A DNA stretch of 20,000 bases from Trichoplax sp. H2 (taxonomy: Eukaryota). A program made the translations under genes and the position numbers. The stretch is from the NCBI GenBank assembly GCA_003344405.1, contig NOWV01000268.1:56264-76263 (forward strand), read 5' to 3'. Under the pieces are notes generated by a model. The model was not told the origin of the DNA, did not search any database, and was given only the letters and a program-made list of their open reading frames with translations. Below, piece after piece: positions 1 through 10,512 of the stretch (positions within the stretch are counted from its first letter, which is position 1; every line of letters starts with the position of its first letter).

Positions 1-155
1 CATGTAGCTACCAAATATATCGGCTAATTAAATTGTTAGAAGTAAGCGTTATTTTCAGTAGCAGTATAAAGACTTTATTACAGATTTCTCTAGCGGATCA
101 GATATGTAGACGTGCTAAAGTAATTTAAAGTCAGCATAATTGCTCAACTACATAC

Positions 156-356
156 CCAATTCCTTTAGTGTAGCAACGCCACGCTTAACACGTTCAGAAT
201 AAATGGTATTAGGAAAATTATCCATTTCTTCTAATACTACTTCTTCCACACGTTCCATTCGATGTAAGACTGCAACCGTGTATCCATCTAGCTTATAATA
301 ATTCTCTTCTCCGATAAATCGAGCGCATTCAGACAAATCTTTACGAATATGTGATT
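156..356 (-). CDS. CTNNA: alpha-catenin-like exon 11 (QSHIRKDL...TLKEL)
   Basis: Acceptor taatag|AA, donor TTG G|gtatgt in phase 1, 201 nt. The remaining exons are expected outside the window. Confidence 0.9.
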
Positions 357-3300
357 CTATTAATGAAGCAAAATTGTGCTTTGTTAATCCCAAAATGCTG
401 TAGAACTTCAGACTGTATTTTCTTTAGTCATAATTATATCAGTTTTTTTAAGATTATTATTTTTCGACCATTTCAGAGACTTACGCGAAGCAAGTAAAAA
501 ATCGTCAACGCTAGTTATTTCGTCAATTGCTCTAATTAGCGCTCTCATATATTTATTCCATAATTCCTTGTATCTATCCATATTGTTTTCAACGGTCATA
601 TCTGATGGCACTTGAGAGCAAATTTCCGCCGCATTTACGACCTTCGCAATAACAATATACAAACGAAAAGTGTGAAAATTACTTCTAGGGCAGAATTCAC
701 GCACGATCCAGTTAGCTGTACATTATTTATTTATATAGTTTTTAATATTACCTGCAGACGGTACGTCCTGACGTAATTGGATGCTAATTTTACAAGCTTG
801 ATACCTTCTGCATTAGTTGAAATAGCACAAGCCAACTCGCCAGCCTAAGCACGATTGTATTTACTTAATAGACTTTATTATAGATAGTTATTCTGCTTGC
901 AGATTAGTGTAGAAGTATTTTACTCATTATATTTAGTTATTTTATGAGGTTTAGTTACCTCATTATACTTTACCTGTAGTATACTTTCTGCGTCATCACT
1001 GAAACTTTGGGCATAATTTTCTAGTTCTTCATTACTTTTATTCGTCGCTGCATCAATTAATACTTGAAGTGGAACCGTGGCCGCAATCAGAGCTTCGGAG
1101 ACATGATCTGCTACAGCTATTCTTAGCTAATAAGTATTAAAGGGTAAAATAAAGAAAGTATTGTAATACTGTAGAGATACTAAAATGTCCTTGCAAAATT
1201 GAAAGGATATATGATCCATTAACACTGTTTTATTCCGTTGAATCCTTCAATATCTCGAAGTTGATTACTTACAACGTATTCCAAATGATAAACAGTTTCG
1301 ACAAGATCGGCAGAAATTTGTCTGATATTTTCCTTGGTTATCTTTTTATCCGTTATGTTAATGGTATAACCCATCTGCATTGTATCAATTTTCAGTTTAT
1401 TAAGTACAAAAGAGAAGCACTCACTAAACCGTTGAAATGCAATAACACTAACTTATTTAAATAAATCATTCGAAGTATTTTCCCATTATTTTTAGTAACC
1501 GACAAGGAAAGTAAAGACGATAACAATATAATATTATTACTATTACATACCTCTTTCTGATACTCAGTTATCAAAATTTGAAGCGTCTTATTTAGCGATT
1601 TGCAAAGCAACACAATGTGTTCTCGCCGATTATCTCCGGTAAAACTTGAACAAGCAAGTATTGTCGCATTGTTAGTAATCTTTTCAAGTAATTCTTGAAG
1701 TTGACTACACAGTCTCTGTTCAGAACAGGAATTTGCCTTTTTTCCAACTAAATAGCTCTGTTGGATAGATATAAAACAAAACATTGATTTATCGCAATAC
1801 TCCATAAGCAAATAAAATCTGTTGTAGTAAACACTCAGATTCTAATTACTCCCTATATCAAACCTTAAACTTCTTAATTACGCTCGCAGTTTCTCCTATA
1901 GGCGATTCTTCGTTGCCAACGGGCGATTGAATAATAGTAACGATCCTATTGACAAACTCTCTAATTTCAGACGTAATAGCTGCGCAATTTGCTTTAGCCG
2001 GAGGCAAATTTTCATATTTGAAATGAGTCTATGAAAATAGCAAAATAGTCCATCAATTAATAAGGTACATCAAACAGAACTTTAGTAACGTACAAAATAC
2101 AGCTGCATCGAAAATACTTTTTTATACTAGCTTCACGAAATGGAAAAATTTAATCTTACTTAACGACTGCCATAATCATTTTAAAAATAAATGAATGGAG
2201 ATGTTATTTTGGCAACCTTCTACTGAATATCTATTTTTTTAACACTAGTGTGTGCAAAAATCACATGCAGTCTGTAATTGCTTAGTTATTTTTAAATAAT
2301 AGAGTGGTAAATATTCTTATTGGTCATTACGCTTACCTTTGATACAACGTTTAGTAATTGGCTAGCAGTCAATAGGTTAGCTCGAGCAGCTGAGAGCTGA
2401 TCTTTCTTGTCTTCATCCTTTAGATCCTATCATTTTGCGTCAAATATCAGTAAAAATCAAAAAGTTTTCAAATAAACATACTGATAAGGATTATGAAAAA
2501 AATACACTCTATTAAATCATATTTACTGTATCAAGAACACTTCAGACGTAGACAGAATAAGAATAAAGATTAATTATAATATTTCTTTAGCTTACAAATT
2601 GACGGCGTTTAACAGCATCATCGACTTGGTCCAAGTGGTAAGCAAAGTTGTCCAGATTCTGATCCAACGAATTTTCGTCTCGGCTATCGAGAACTAGCTG
2701 CAAGTGATCTTCCAGCTAGATAATGCATTCATTTGAAATAAGAATAACATCTGCTATGATCAGTCTGACAACAAAAAAAGTTTATAAAATAACGCAATGT
2801 CATTAACAACGAATATTTATGACTATCGTTAACGAAATCACACGGCAGAAGTTATACTGTACTATAAACGGTTAATGAGCAATATCGCTAGGATACCTAT
2901 AGCGATAAAATATTAGCGATATTAGTTATAGTAGACGATAGAGATGATTAATTAGGAGTAATTTTATTTAAGATATACGAGTACAATGTAATAGCATGTC
3001 ATGACTCAAAATAGGAAACTACGTCGTACCCCAGTTATAAGCACTACTATAATTCGGTGTGGTACTGAAAGCGGTTTAACTTGTATTCAGTGGTAATAAC
3101 TGCACAAAATATTATTAAGTCTAATGAGTTCCATCTAACCTCGTGGAGCATTTTCACCAAATTACTGATATCAACCATGTCAGCAATTGAGAGTAATTTA
3201 TTCAAGATTGGGTACAGATTGAAAACGGCCTTTAATAAAGCACTCCTTTTAATTTGTGAGCTTGGCTCATGAACAAAACTTTCCGTTGCAGCTAGTAAAC

Positions 3301-5145
3301 AAGATCCAGCATCATGAAGCTCTTCATAGGCTTGATATACCCTATCGGCGATTTTAGGATTGTCGTTTGCCACAATTTGCCCATGTTCGATTAGCTCATT
3401 GATAGCTAAATGAACTAGTTTAATTAGATCATCAGCTTCTTTGGAATGCCCAGTTTGGCGGCTAGCCTTGGCAACATGGCTATTAAGTTCTTTCAACTGT
3501 TGAAAAGAGAGTAACACTACCATAAAACATCAATATTTTAAAGGTAATATAAAACTTAAACTATCATGTGTCAAATAGCCGCAAGCAAAGCAATGGAATG
3601 CTGTTCATCGCTGGTACAGTAGGTTAATGCAGCGTTACGTCATACGCCTACAAAAGTATAAGCAAATCTATGCTACCATAAGGTGTAATACTAAATCATT
3701 GTTCTGGTGAAAAAATTTGCTATTAATGTCGAATAGGCAAGGTATTGGGACATTAAATTAGCCAATTCCAACTAGCATCGTTCTACTGTACGCGTTTTTA
3801 AAATTACTGCAGTCAAATACACTCATAACAGTTATCCCAAATATTGTCATCAAAGCTCCTTTCTCTAGATTAATACTAAACATAGGCGTAATTCTACAGT
3901 TGTACAGATCGACTTTTGAAGGGAGGATTATCATTATTTAAGGTCGAATTTTACATGTTGACAAATCAAATTGCATAGTACAGATTTAATGGAAGAGCAC
4001 GATGATGGGTAAAGTAAGGCATAACATTGCCATAAATAATTTCATGACTTTGTTACTAATCTAACAAGAATGTACTGTATAAATAATCATCCATTCCTTA
4101 TCAATGGTACTGACACAAAATAATAAATAAAAATAAATAATAAGAAAACTACCGTAGCCATTAAAACAAGATGTATTACAAGCTAGACCAAAAGTTTTTT
4201 TTCAACGTGATATCCTTCAAAATTACAGTCGTGCATTTACTCCTTATTACTCTACTAGTTGCACTATTTCTCCCTTAGTCATGAAATATTGCAAGAGTGG
4301 ACTTTTAAAAATATTCTAATTAATTTACAGTTATTATCAATTAGATCAACTCTGATCCCAGCTTCTGTATCGTTTCTGTACTATTCATTGTACATTGTTT
4401 AGAGAGTTATATAAGTATTTCGTCTATCGTACTGTACAGTAAATGGTCCCAAAGCGTGATTACATCCATGATCTATCAAAGCTAATTAATTAAATATAGA
4501 GAAGGAGTTTTGGGCATAACAGAAATTAGCGTACTATCGATAAATATCGAAACTACCTTTGTCCGAGAGGGATTAACGAGTTTATGATTGAATTGCATTG
4601 AAAGTACTAATTAATTATCAATTGAGATGGTAAGTGATAAGAGCAAGCTGAATTTCATAGGCACAGATACTCCTGGACAACGCTATAATTACGTTGAAAT
4701 TAGAATATCCAAAATGGAAGTGAGTTGATTAATACCAACCAGCGGCATGACAATATAAAGTAGTACAAGTATACCGTGTAGTATCGTCGTCGTGCATCCA
4801 GCTGATTATGTTAACATTAATTCTTATTTTCTTCATTTGCGAAATGCGATTAAGCAAAATAGTAGAAAGCGATATTATTATCATAACAGACAAAGCATAT
4901 TTGATATTGTACAAGCCATTTTTTCGCCCTAATTTTTGCCTTTAATTAAAGGTTAAGAATAGAGATCAGCTAAGCCACTAGAAGCGGAATCCCGGCAGGG
5001 AGCGTTATTTTGATGATTGTGTATTTCAGGAAAGGACGGGGGATCTTATTACCTCATTTACCTGATCAAAGTAAGGGCGTAATGCAGCATCGGCAGAAAA
5101 TGTTTTAGCTTCGGATGGGTCTATCACTCGAGATTGGTGCATCAT
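156..5145 (-). CDS. CTNNA: Alpha-catenin-like protein (vinculin/alpha-catenin family), spliced, 3'-partial. Exons: 5062-5145, 3140-3496, 2596-2715, 2337-2426, 1864-2028, 1551-1757, 1273-1374, 974-1126, 752-844, 485-641, 156-356
   Basis: Manual splicing at GT-AG junctions gives a stop-free frame of 576 codons with compatible phases. The translation is colinear with alpha-E-catenin as recalled: LLSIADMVDI vs LLILADMADV, DQLSAARANL vs DQMAAARGIL, LRIAVADHVSE vs LRKAVMDHVSD, LACAISTNAEGIKLV vs LACSISNNEEGVKLV, IDEITSVDDFL vs VDDITSIDDFL, EMDNFPNTIYSERV vs EMDNYEPGVYTEKV. Confidence 0.92.
485..641 (-). CDS. CTNNA: alpha-catenin-like exon 10 (VVNAAEIC...DDFLLAS)
   Basis: Acceptor gcgaag|GTC (AAG type), donor TCG C|gtaagt in phase 1, 157 nt. 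Confidence 0.88.
752..844 (-). CDS. CTNNA: alpha-catenin-like exon 9 (AGELACAISTNAEGIKLVKLASNYVRTYRLQ)
   Basis: Acceptor gcttag|GCT, donor CAG|gtaata, 93 nt. Confidence 0.92.
974..1126 (-). CDS. CTNNA: alpha-catenin-like exon 8 (LRIAVADHVSE...AESILQ)
   Basis: Acceptor ttattag|CTA, donor CAG|gtaaag, 153 nt. Confidence 0.92.
1273..1374 (-). CDS. CTNNA: alpha-catenin-like exon 7 (MGYTINITDKK...VYHLEYV)
   Basis: Acceptor atgcag|ATG, donor GTT|gtaagt, 102 nt, phase 0/0. Weak sequence similarity, but it fills the expected gap. Confidence 0.7.
1551..1757 (-). CDS. CTNNA: alpha-catenin-like exon 6 (SYLVGKK...LITEYQKE)
   Basis: Acceptor caacag|AGC, donor GAG|gtatgt, 207 nt. SSFTGDNRREHIVLLC matches SSCTRDDRRERIVAEC. 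Confidence 0.9.
1864..2028 (-). CDS. CTNNA: alpha-catenin-like exon 5 (THFKYENLPPAKANC...GETASVIKKFK)
   Basis: Acceptor ttttcatag|ACT, donor AAG|gtttga, 165 nt. Confidence 0.85.
2337..2426 (-). CDS. CTNNA: alpha-catenin-like exon 4 (DLKDEDKKDQLSAARANLLTASQLLNVVSK)
   Basis: Acceptor gatag|GAT, donor AAG|gtaagc, 90 nt. Matches ELKD...DQMAAAR. Confidence 0.9.
2596..2715 (-). CDS. CTNNA: alpha-catenin-like exon 3 (LEDHLQLV...AVKRRQF)
   Basis: Acceptor tctag|CTG, donor TTT|gtaagc, 120 nt, phase 0/0. Confidence 0.88.
3140..3496 (-). CDS. CTNNA: alpha-catenin-like exon 2 (LKELNSH...LVKMLHE)
   Basis: Acceptor ttttcaacag|TTG, donor GAG|gttaga, 119 codons. Contains FVHEPSSQIKRSALLKA...LLSIADMVD. Confidence 0.9.
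5062..5145 (-). CDS. CTNNA: alpha-catenin-like exon 1 (MMHQSRVIDPSEAKTFSADAALRPYFDQ)
   Basis: ATG at 5145 (second ATG at 5142), 28 codons, donor CAG|gtaaat in phase 0. Aligns with the alpha-catenin N-terminal DPKSLEIRTLAVERLLEPLVTQ. Not in the ORF track. Confidence 0.75.
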
Positions 5146-5339
5146 ATTCTTAAGTAAGGCAGTGAAGAGTAAAAAATTCGACGAATTTGATCGTTAATGT
5201 TAATGTCAATTTAACACAGCATCGCGTCGCCAGTCACCAGACGGGGCTCGAGGGTCGAAAAGGTACAGTAGTCTAAATTTCCGTCATGCTGTCCATCCTG
5301 TACCCCTCTTCGTCCGATATCCATCGTGCTGTACCCTGG

Positions 5340-5505
5340 GTTTACAGTACTGTATTCAGAATACTGTACTCTGCAGATTCTGGTCCGGATCGGACCGGAC
5401 CATAACGACTTATCTTACAGTAGTTACTGTAAGATCCAGATTAGACATCTGGACTGATCTCACTACAGTAACTAGACGTGAGAAAGGTTCGGTTCGGTTC
5501 AACCG
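5340..5505. repeat. Cluster of short inverted repeats upstream of the alpha-catenin start (putative promoter-proximal region)
   Basis: TACAGTACTGTA (5343-5354); GTATTC-a-GAATAC (5352-5364); TGGTCCGG...CCGGACCA (5381-5402); ATCTTACAGTA-gt-TACTGTAAGAT (5412-5435); TCCAGAT-tagac-ATCTGGA (5435-5453); TCTCAC...GTGAGA (5458-5483); (GGTTC)3 near 5486-5500. Confidence 0.7.
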
Positions 5506-5509
5506 TTAT

Positions 5510-6180
5510 GATCTCTATATACTGTACAAGTACAGTACAGTATACAGTACATTAGGCCCAGCCACAATAACCCAGATTACTCAGATACTCAGCGTAATTA
5601 GCTTAAACGATGATACATTATTCTAAGAGTCTGTACCTCAAATTTCATGCGATTATTCAAAGAGTAAGACGTTGCATCAACGCGATGAAAGTTAGGTACT
5701 ACCGTGGCCCAAAAGGGACAACTTTACAGTGTACAGTACAGTAGAATTCTACGGCACAGCAGAGTGCAAATTCTACAGTGTACTGTACTGTCTGTACAGC
5801 TGTACTGAGTGTACTGTACTGTACTGTAGAATTCTACAGCACAGCAACAGTACAGTACAGTACAATACGGTGGCCCAAAAGGGAATTCTACTGTACTGTA
5901 CAGTACAGTAAAGTTGTCCCTTTTGGGCCACCGTACAGTACAGTACATAGAACCGTACGGTACTGTCAAAAACAACTACAGTACATACTGTACGTACAGA
6001 CAGACTGTACTGTAGACTAGTGTAGAGGTCAAAAAAGCTCTTTGTACTGTACTGTACAGTATAACATTTACTATTCACTTTCTATGGTAAAGCTTACAGT
6101 ACTGTACTGTAGAGGGTCTCTACTGTACTGTACTGTACACTCAGTACAGTACTGGATGTCGCAATGTGGATACTGTACCG
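5510..6180. repeat. GTAC(A/T) pentamer-rich low-complexity island
   Basis: Dense TACAG/CTGTA runs. These generate the spurious Y/S/T/V/C-rich ORFs in the track. Confidence 0.85.
5702..5933. mobile_element. Putative non-autonomous Tc1/mariner-type MITE (~232 bp) with an internal 66-bp copy sharing the right end
   Basis: The left end TA|CCGTGGCCCAAAAGGGACAACTTTAC (5702-5727) is the inverse of the right end GTAAAGTTGTCCCTTTTGGGCCACCG|TA (5908-5933) with 1 mismatch, and imperfect complementarity extends to ~50 bp. A second left end, TA|CGGTGGCCCAAAAGGGA, starts at 5868. All ends are flanked by TA. No coding capacity. Confidence 0.7.
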
Positions 6181-9100
6181 TATGGAGCGGCTGTTGAGCT
6201 ATTGAGCATGACTACGAAGTAGCTCGTCATGGTGGTAAGAAAAAAAGAAAGGAAACAAAAGATCGCTTGTTGATAGAAGTTCAATGTCACTGCATACCAG
6301 ATTCCTAGGATTCTGTCTGACATCTGTCCCATCAAATGTTTCCAATGTTTCCCTTTTTCTACGGTCAAATGGTCGAATGGGCTAATGCTAACGACCGATC
6401 CCAATCCTACCATTTCGCTCTAGAGATAGACACTGTAGGCATTACTTTGCTTTTATCAAAGATTGATGTACTGCGTCTACCTAATTTTACTAAATGTATC
6501 TCAGTGATTCTGCCATTTCTATGAAAAATATCATAATTACTTATTGTTGACCTTGAATAAGCATGCTTTGCACTAGGCGTTCCGTTTATTATAAAGGCAA
6601 GGTGTTATTTTTATTTACGGAGGGCCTGCTGTGCACAAGGGCCAAAATCGGGCCACGGCTGTCAAGTTCGTCAAAATGCCTTTCTCTGATACGTGCAGTA
6701 TAGTGATCAATATGGGTTGACAAGCTATTAGTCCTTGATCGTACAATGCTGTACACCTAGGGTGCAATCCAGTGCTCACAATCAGATAGTCACAACAGTC
6801 GAACACGAAAAAAAACTCATTTAGATACTGTACAAAAAACTATTACGGTGAATTTAAATAGATTCATAAACTTGTAAGCTATAAAATTGTAAACTTGGTT
6901 CTGTAATTTACCCCAAGTCGACATTAAAATTAATTAATAATTATTATGTGCTGAATCCGGTGATAGGTGATTAGTCTCGTCAAAGGGTATCACCACCTGT
7001 CAAGGTCGTTCGTTAATCCAGTTAGTACAAAATAGAAATACAGAAATATAGGAGTGATCAAAGAGGACCGCTGTGCCAAAAAGAAAATTACTGACAGCAC
7101 AGGAAATCAAAAAAGAATACTAGGCAGAGTGCTATTTCCTCACTTTCAATTCGATTTGAACTACACATACATAATTACCCAATACCCCCTCCCCAGCCCT
7201 TTTGGCTATTGAACTGTACAGTATTTACTAAAATATATTTTGTTTTATGTCTACGGCACATAACAATATGTGTACCAGTATTGCAGGACTCCGGTATAAA
7301 TTGATAGCAACAGTAATTGAAATAATATCATGCTGCATACTCGTGCATAGTTCAGATAATAAATAAAATGTTAAATAGTTAAAAGAGAGTCTCTGTATAC
7401 AATCGTCACAGATAGATGGTCACAGCATCCGGTATAACCCATTTCCAGGAACTAATAAAGCCCAGTCTGCGATCTAAAGCGACATTATGTCTCATTTCAG
7501 CCTTTTATTGTTATAAATGCGTTGTCAAGGGGCCGACTTGCAAATTACAGATGGTTTACAAAAGACTTTGCTGTCCTACTACAGTATACAATATTGTACA
7601 CAATGTCAGTGTACGATATACACTTACTGTATATACAATATATATATATATATCCGAGTTATGATCAATTATAATAATATTGCGTGATAAATAAAAAAAA
7701 AGAAAATGCGTAGTGGTAGTGCTCATGACTCATGATACTGTACTTTGATTGGATATCATTGGATACGCAGAGATGATGGTTGGTACCAACCTAAATAATC
7801 TACTTTGTAGCATCTCACAGCTTATTGCATAATAATTAACTATATTGTTCATTCACAGATTGCTTAAATTTCTTAATCTTTCAATCAACCATACTGATTG
7901 CTAACGGATCAGAGCAGTATCCTATTTAAGGTTAACTTCCGTGATCTTAATGAATACGCATATGCAAGGTACCGCACAGGTATTACGCTTAACTGTCAAT
8001 AAAAAAGTACAGGATGACAGTATGTCTGATGTCTGCGAAGGTATGGTTTAATTTAGCATCATACTTTGCAGCGGTATCGTTATCATCATGTTATTATTAC
8101 GCCTTTGATAGGCTTAGCAGCTTGCTTCGTCATAACATCAAAACGGTGACTGTATTGACTTATGTGCATGATATACACTACATGAAGGCCTTATCTTGTC
8201 ACTGAAACACACAAGTTCTTGGTACAGTATATCGCTATATCATTTTATTAATTTTATTAATTATCATTAAATTATTATTCTTATTAATGGCTCGCATATT
8301 AGCTTGCAGCAGTACTTTACTTATTACTTACTTATCATATAAGCACTATTTTCTACTTTCTAAATCCGCTCAGATATCTCTATACAGCAAATAGCCTGTT
8401 ATCTGAGTGTAGTGTAGCATAGTAGCAACTGTGCGATACTATTGTGATAAAATGTTCTGTAGAGCATAAGAAGGCAAAGCGGTGAGGCGTGATCTTAAAA
8501 CGACTCAATTCATTTCAAATTGTTGCTATCTTAAAATACGAGTATCTAGACAGATTCGGGTATATGACTACTATATCCATCATTCCCTATCTTTAATGAT
8601 CATATGTTCAAAATTATGACTAATAAAATAGCGAGATTATCAAGCCCTAACTTGATTATATACGCGTGTATCAATAAACTGAAAAGTATTATAATTAATT
8701 AATATTAGCAAAAATAACTGTGATATATATTTAGAGTTACGAAGAAAATATGTAATGGCAGAATTAAATCCTGCTGCTTCGAGTAGATTGCAAGTTTTCT
8801 TAGTGTCCTATGTATTCCACTACTTCTTGAAATTATAGAACGGGCATAATTGAGATGGCGTGCATGATGTAGAAAGATCAAACAGTTTGAATTTATATTC
8901 GTCAAATTTTCCATCATGACATTGACTCCTGCAACAGAATCACTTCTTATACGATATACACATACTCATATGCTCGTATGAGACTTGATCTATGTTGCAT
9001 TACCTGAGAATGAGAATAATATGAATCAGATGTCAACATGTGACATTGCTATGAACTTGAGCTTATTATCGGAACTGGGTGCTTTTACAGTAATTGTATG

Positions 9101-10479
9101 TAAAATTATGCATAAAAAATTTAATTAAATTGTTATGCAAAGGGAGAAAACTATGCAAATGTTATAGTCTGGAAAACATGTTATCATATTATATAATTGT
9201 AGGAGTTCCTCATTACGTTATGCAAATAGTCAACAATAAACTGATGATATTACGTGGCGTTGCTGTGTGCTAAGCACGTATATTGGCTAAACGTGCCGTA
9301 CGTACTGCAGTATCACTCATTTTAAAACCAGACTCCTTCACTAATACTGCAAGAGTGCTTTTTATCATATCTAAAAAATAAATAGTTGTATAATGTATCA
9401 CTAAACAGATTAGTTAAAAAATAAAGTTTCGATTGCATAGCAAGCATCTTTTAAAATGTGCCTAAAATTAAGTTGGTATGTGCTGTAAAGATCATCGAAT
9501 AATTATCAAATTTGTCTGTATAGTTAAAAAGGATCTCAAATTGTCATTGCATAGTTATCAAGAGAGAATTTATCCAACGCATTAAAGCAGACGTACGGTT
9601 TCACATTATTAACAGTAGCTCGATCGTAATTTTGGCATTATCCCTACTTTATATAAATGACAGAAATAAATTTAGATAGATTCTCATTTCCACAGTATAT
9701 CGCAACAGGCTTATTTGATGCAGAGAAATGTTGATTTGAGCCTAAATATACTTAGCATTCTTTAGCGTTGTTATACATTATAGTGAAGATGTATACTGAC
9801 AGATACGTAGTTAGTAGTTTTTCGTTGTAGAGATATTTGTGATCCATCTTAGTTTATAAAAGCATTTCGTTATGAGACTTGAATGTTTAGATAAAGATGT
9901 GACACTTGCGCAGCAATGAATACTTTAGTAACACATTATATAGCCCCAGCTTTGTCAGTATGCGTATGCTATGAAACAGAGTGAAAAGTCAAAGTATAAG
10001 TATAATTATTAGAAAGGGGCAAGGTTTGAAAAAATATTCAAATAAAATTTGATCATAGAAACGGTTTGTGTCAATATATCCCTTGAAATCTGCCAATAAT
10101 ATTTACTAGAGATTATTATAATCGCTATAAAAAGGGATAGCTATTTGAAATATGAACTGAAGATTTGTAAACAAGTAAACATAGCTTCATATGCTGAGGT
10201 TAAATCTTAGCTGTTTATTCATTTTTGTTGATATGACAGTCCCATAAATTACTTAAAACAAATAAAAATTAGCAATCATCATATGCAATCGTTGGCTAGC
10301 ACAACAAGAAGCTACTAAGAAATTTCAAGTCCAAAGATAGATAGAACTTTATTTTTAACATTTTTCCTTTTCATAAGATAATAACTATCTGTAAATTATT
10401 GTCTGTAGTAGTGGTGTACTGAACTCATAATGCGGTAGTGAAGTCTCTTTCAAAAAATTCAGTTTAATCCAATATGTCT

Positions 10480-10512
10480 GTGTACAGTAGTACAGTACGG
10501 TACAGTACAGTA
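10480..10512. repeat. Short GTACA pentamer tract
   Basis: gtgtacagtagtacagtacggtacagtacagta. Confidence 0.7.

Noticed and set aside
148..155. Stop codon ending ORF 148..393 taken as the end of the catenin gene
   Set aside because: It lies after a G|gtatgt donor at the position expected for an intron. The C-terminal actin-binding domain is missing and presumably lies outside the window.
3740..3810. Minus-strand ILKTRTVERC*, resembling the alpha-catenin N-terminal IRTLAVER motif
   Set aside because: Immediate in-frame stop and no usable donor. The 5062-5145 exon fits better in phase and alignment.
5724..6078. Four overlapping ORFs rich in Y/S/T/V/C/Q
   Set aside because: They are translations of the GTACW pentamer repeat, which lacks stops in most frames. 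Not credible proteins.
6141..6806. ORFs 6141..6413, 6336..6524 and 6615..6806 as a transposase for the adjacent MITE
   Set aside because: No HTH or DDE/D motifs recognisable. Only a 9-bp TIR-like word (GGGCCACGG near 6650), too short to be significant.
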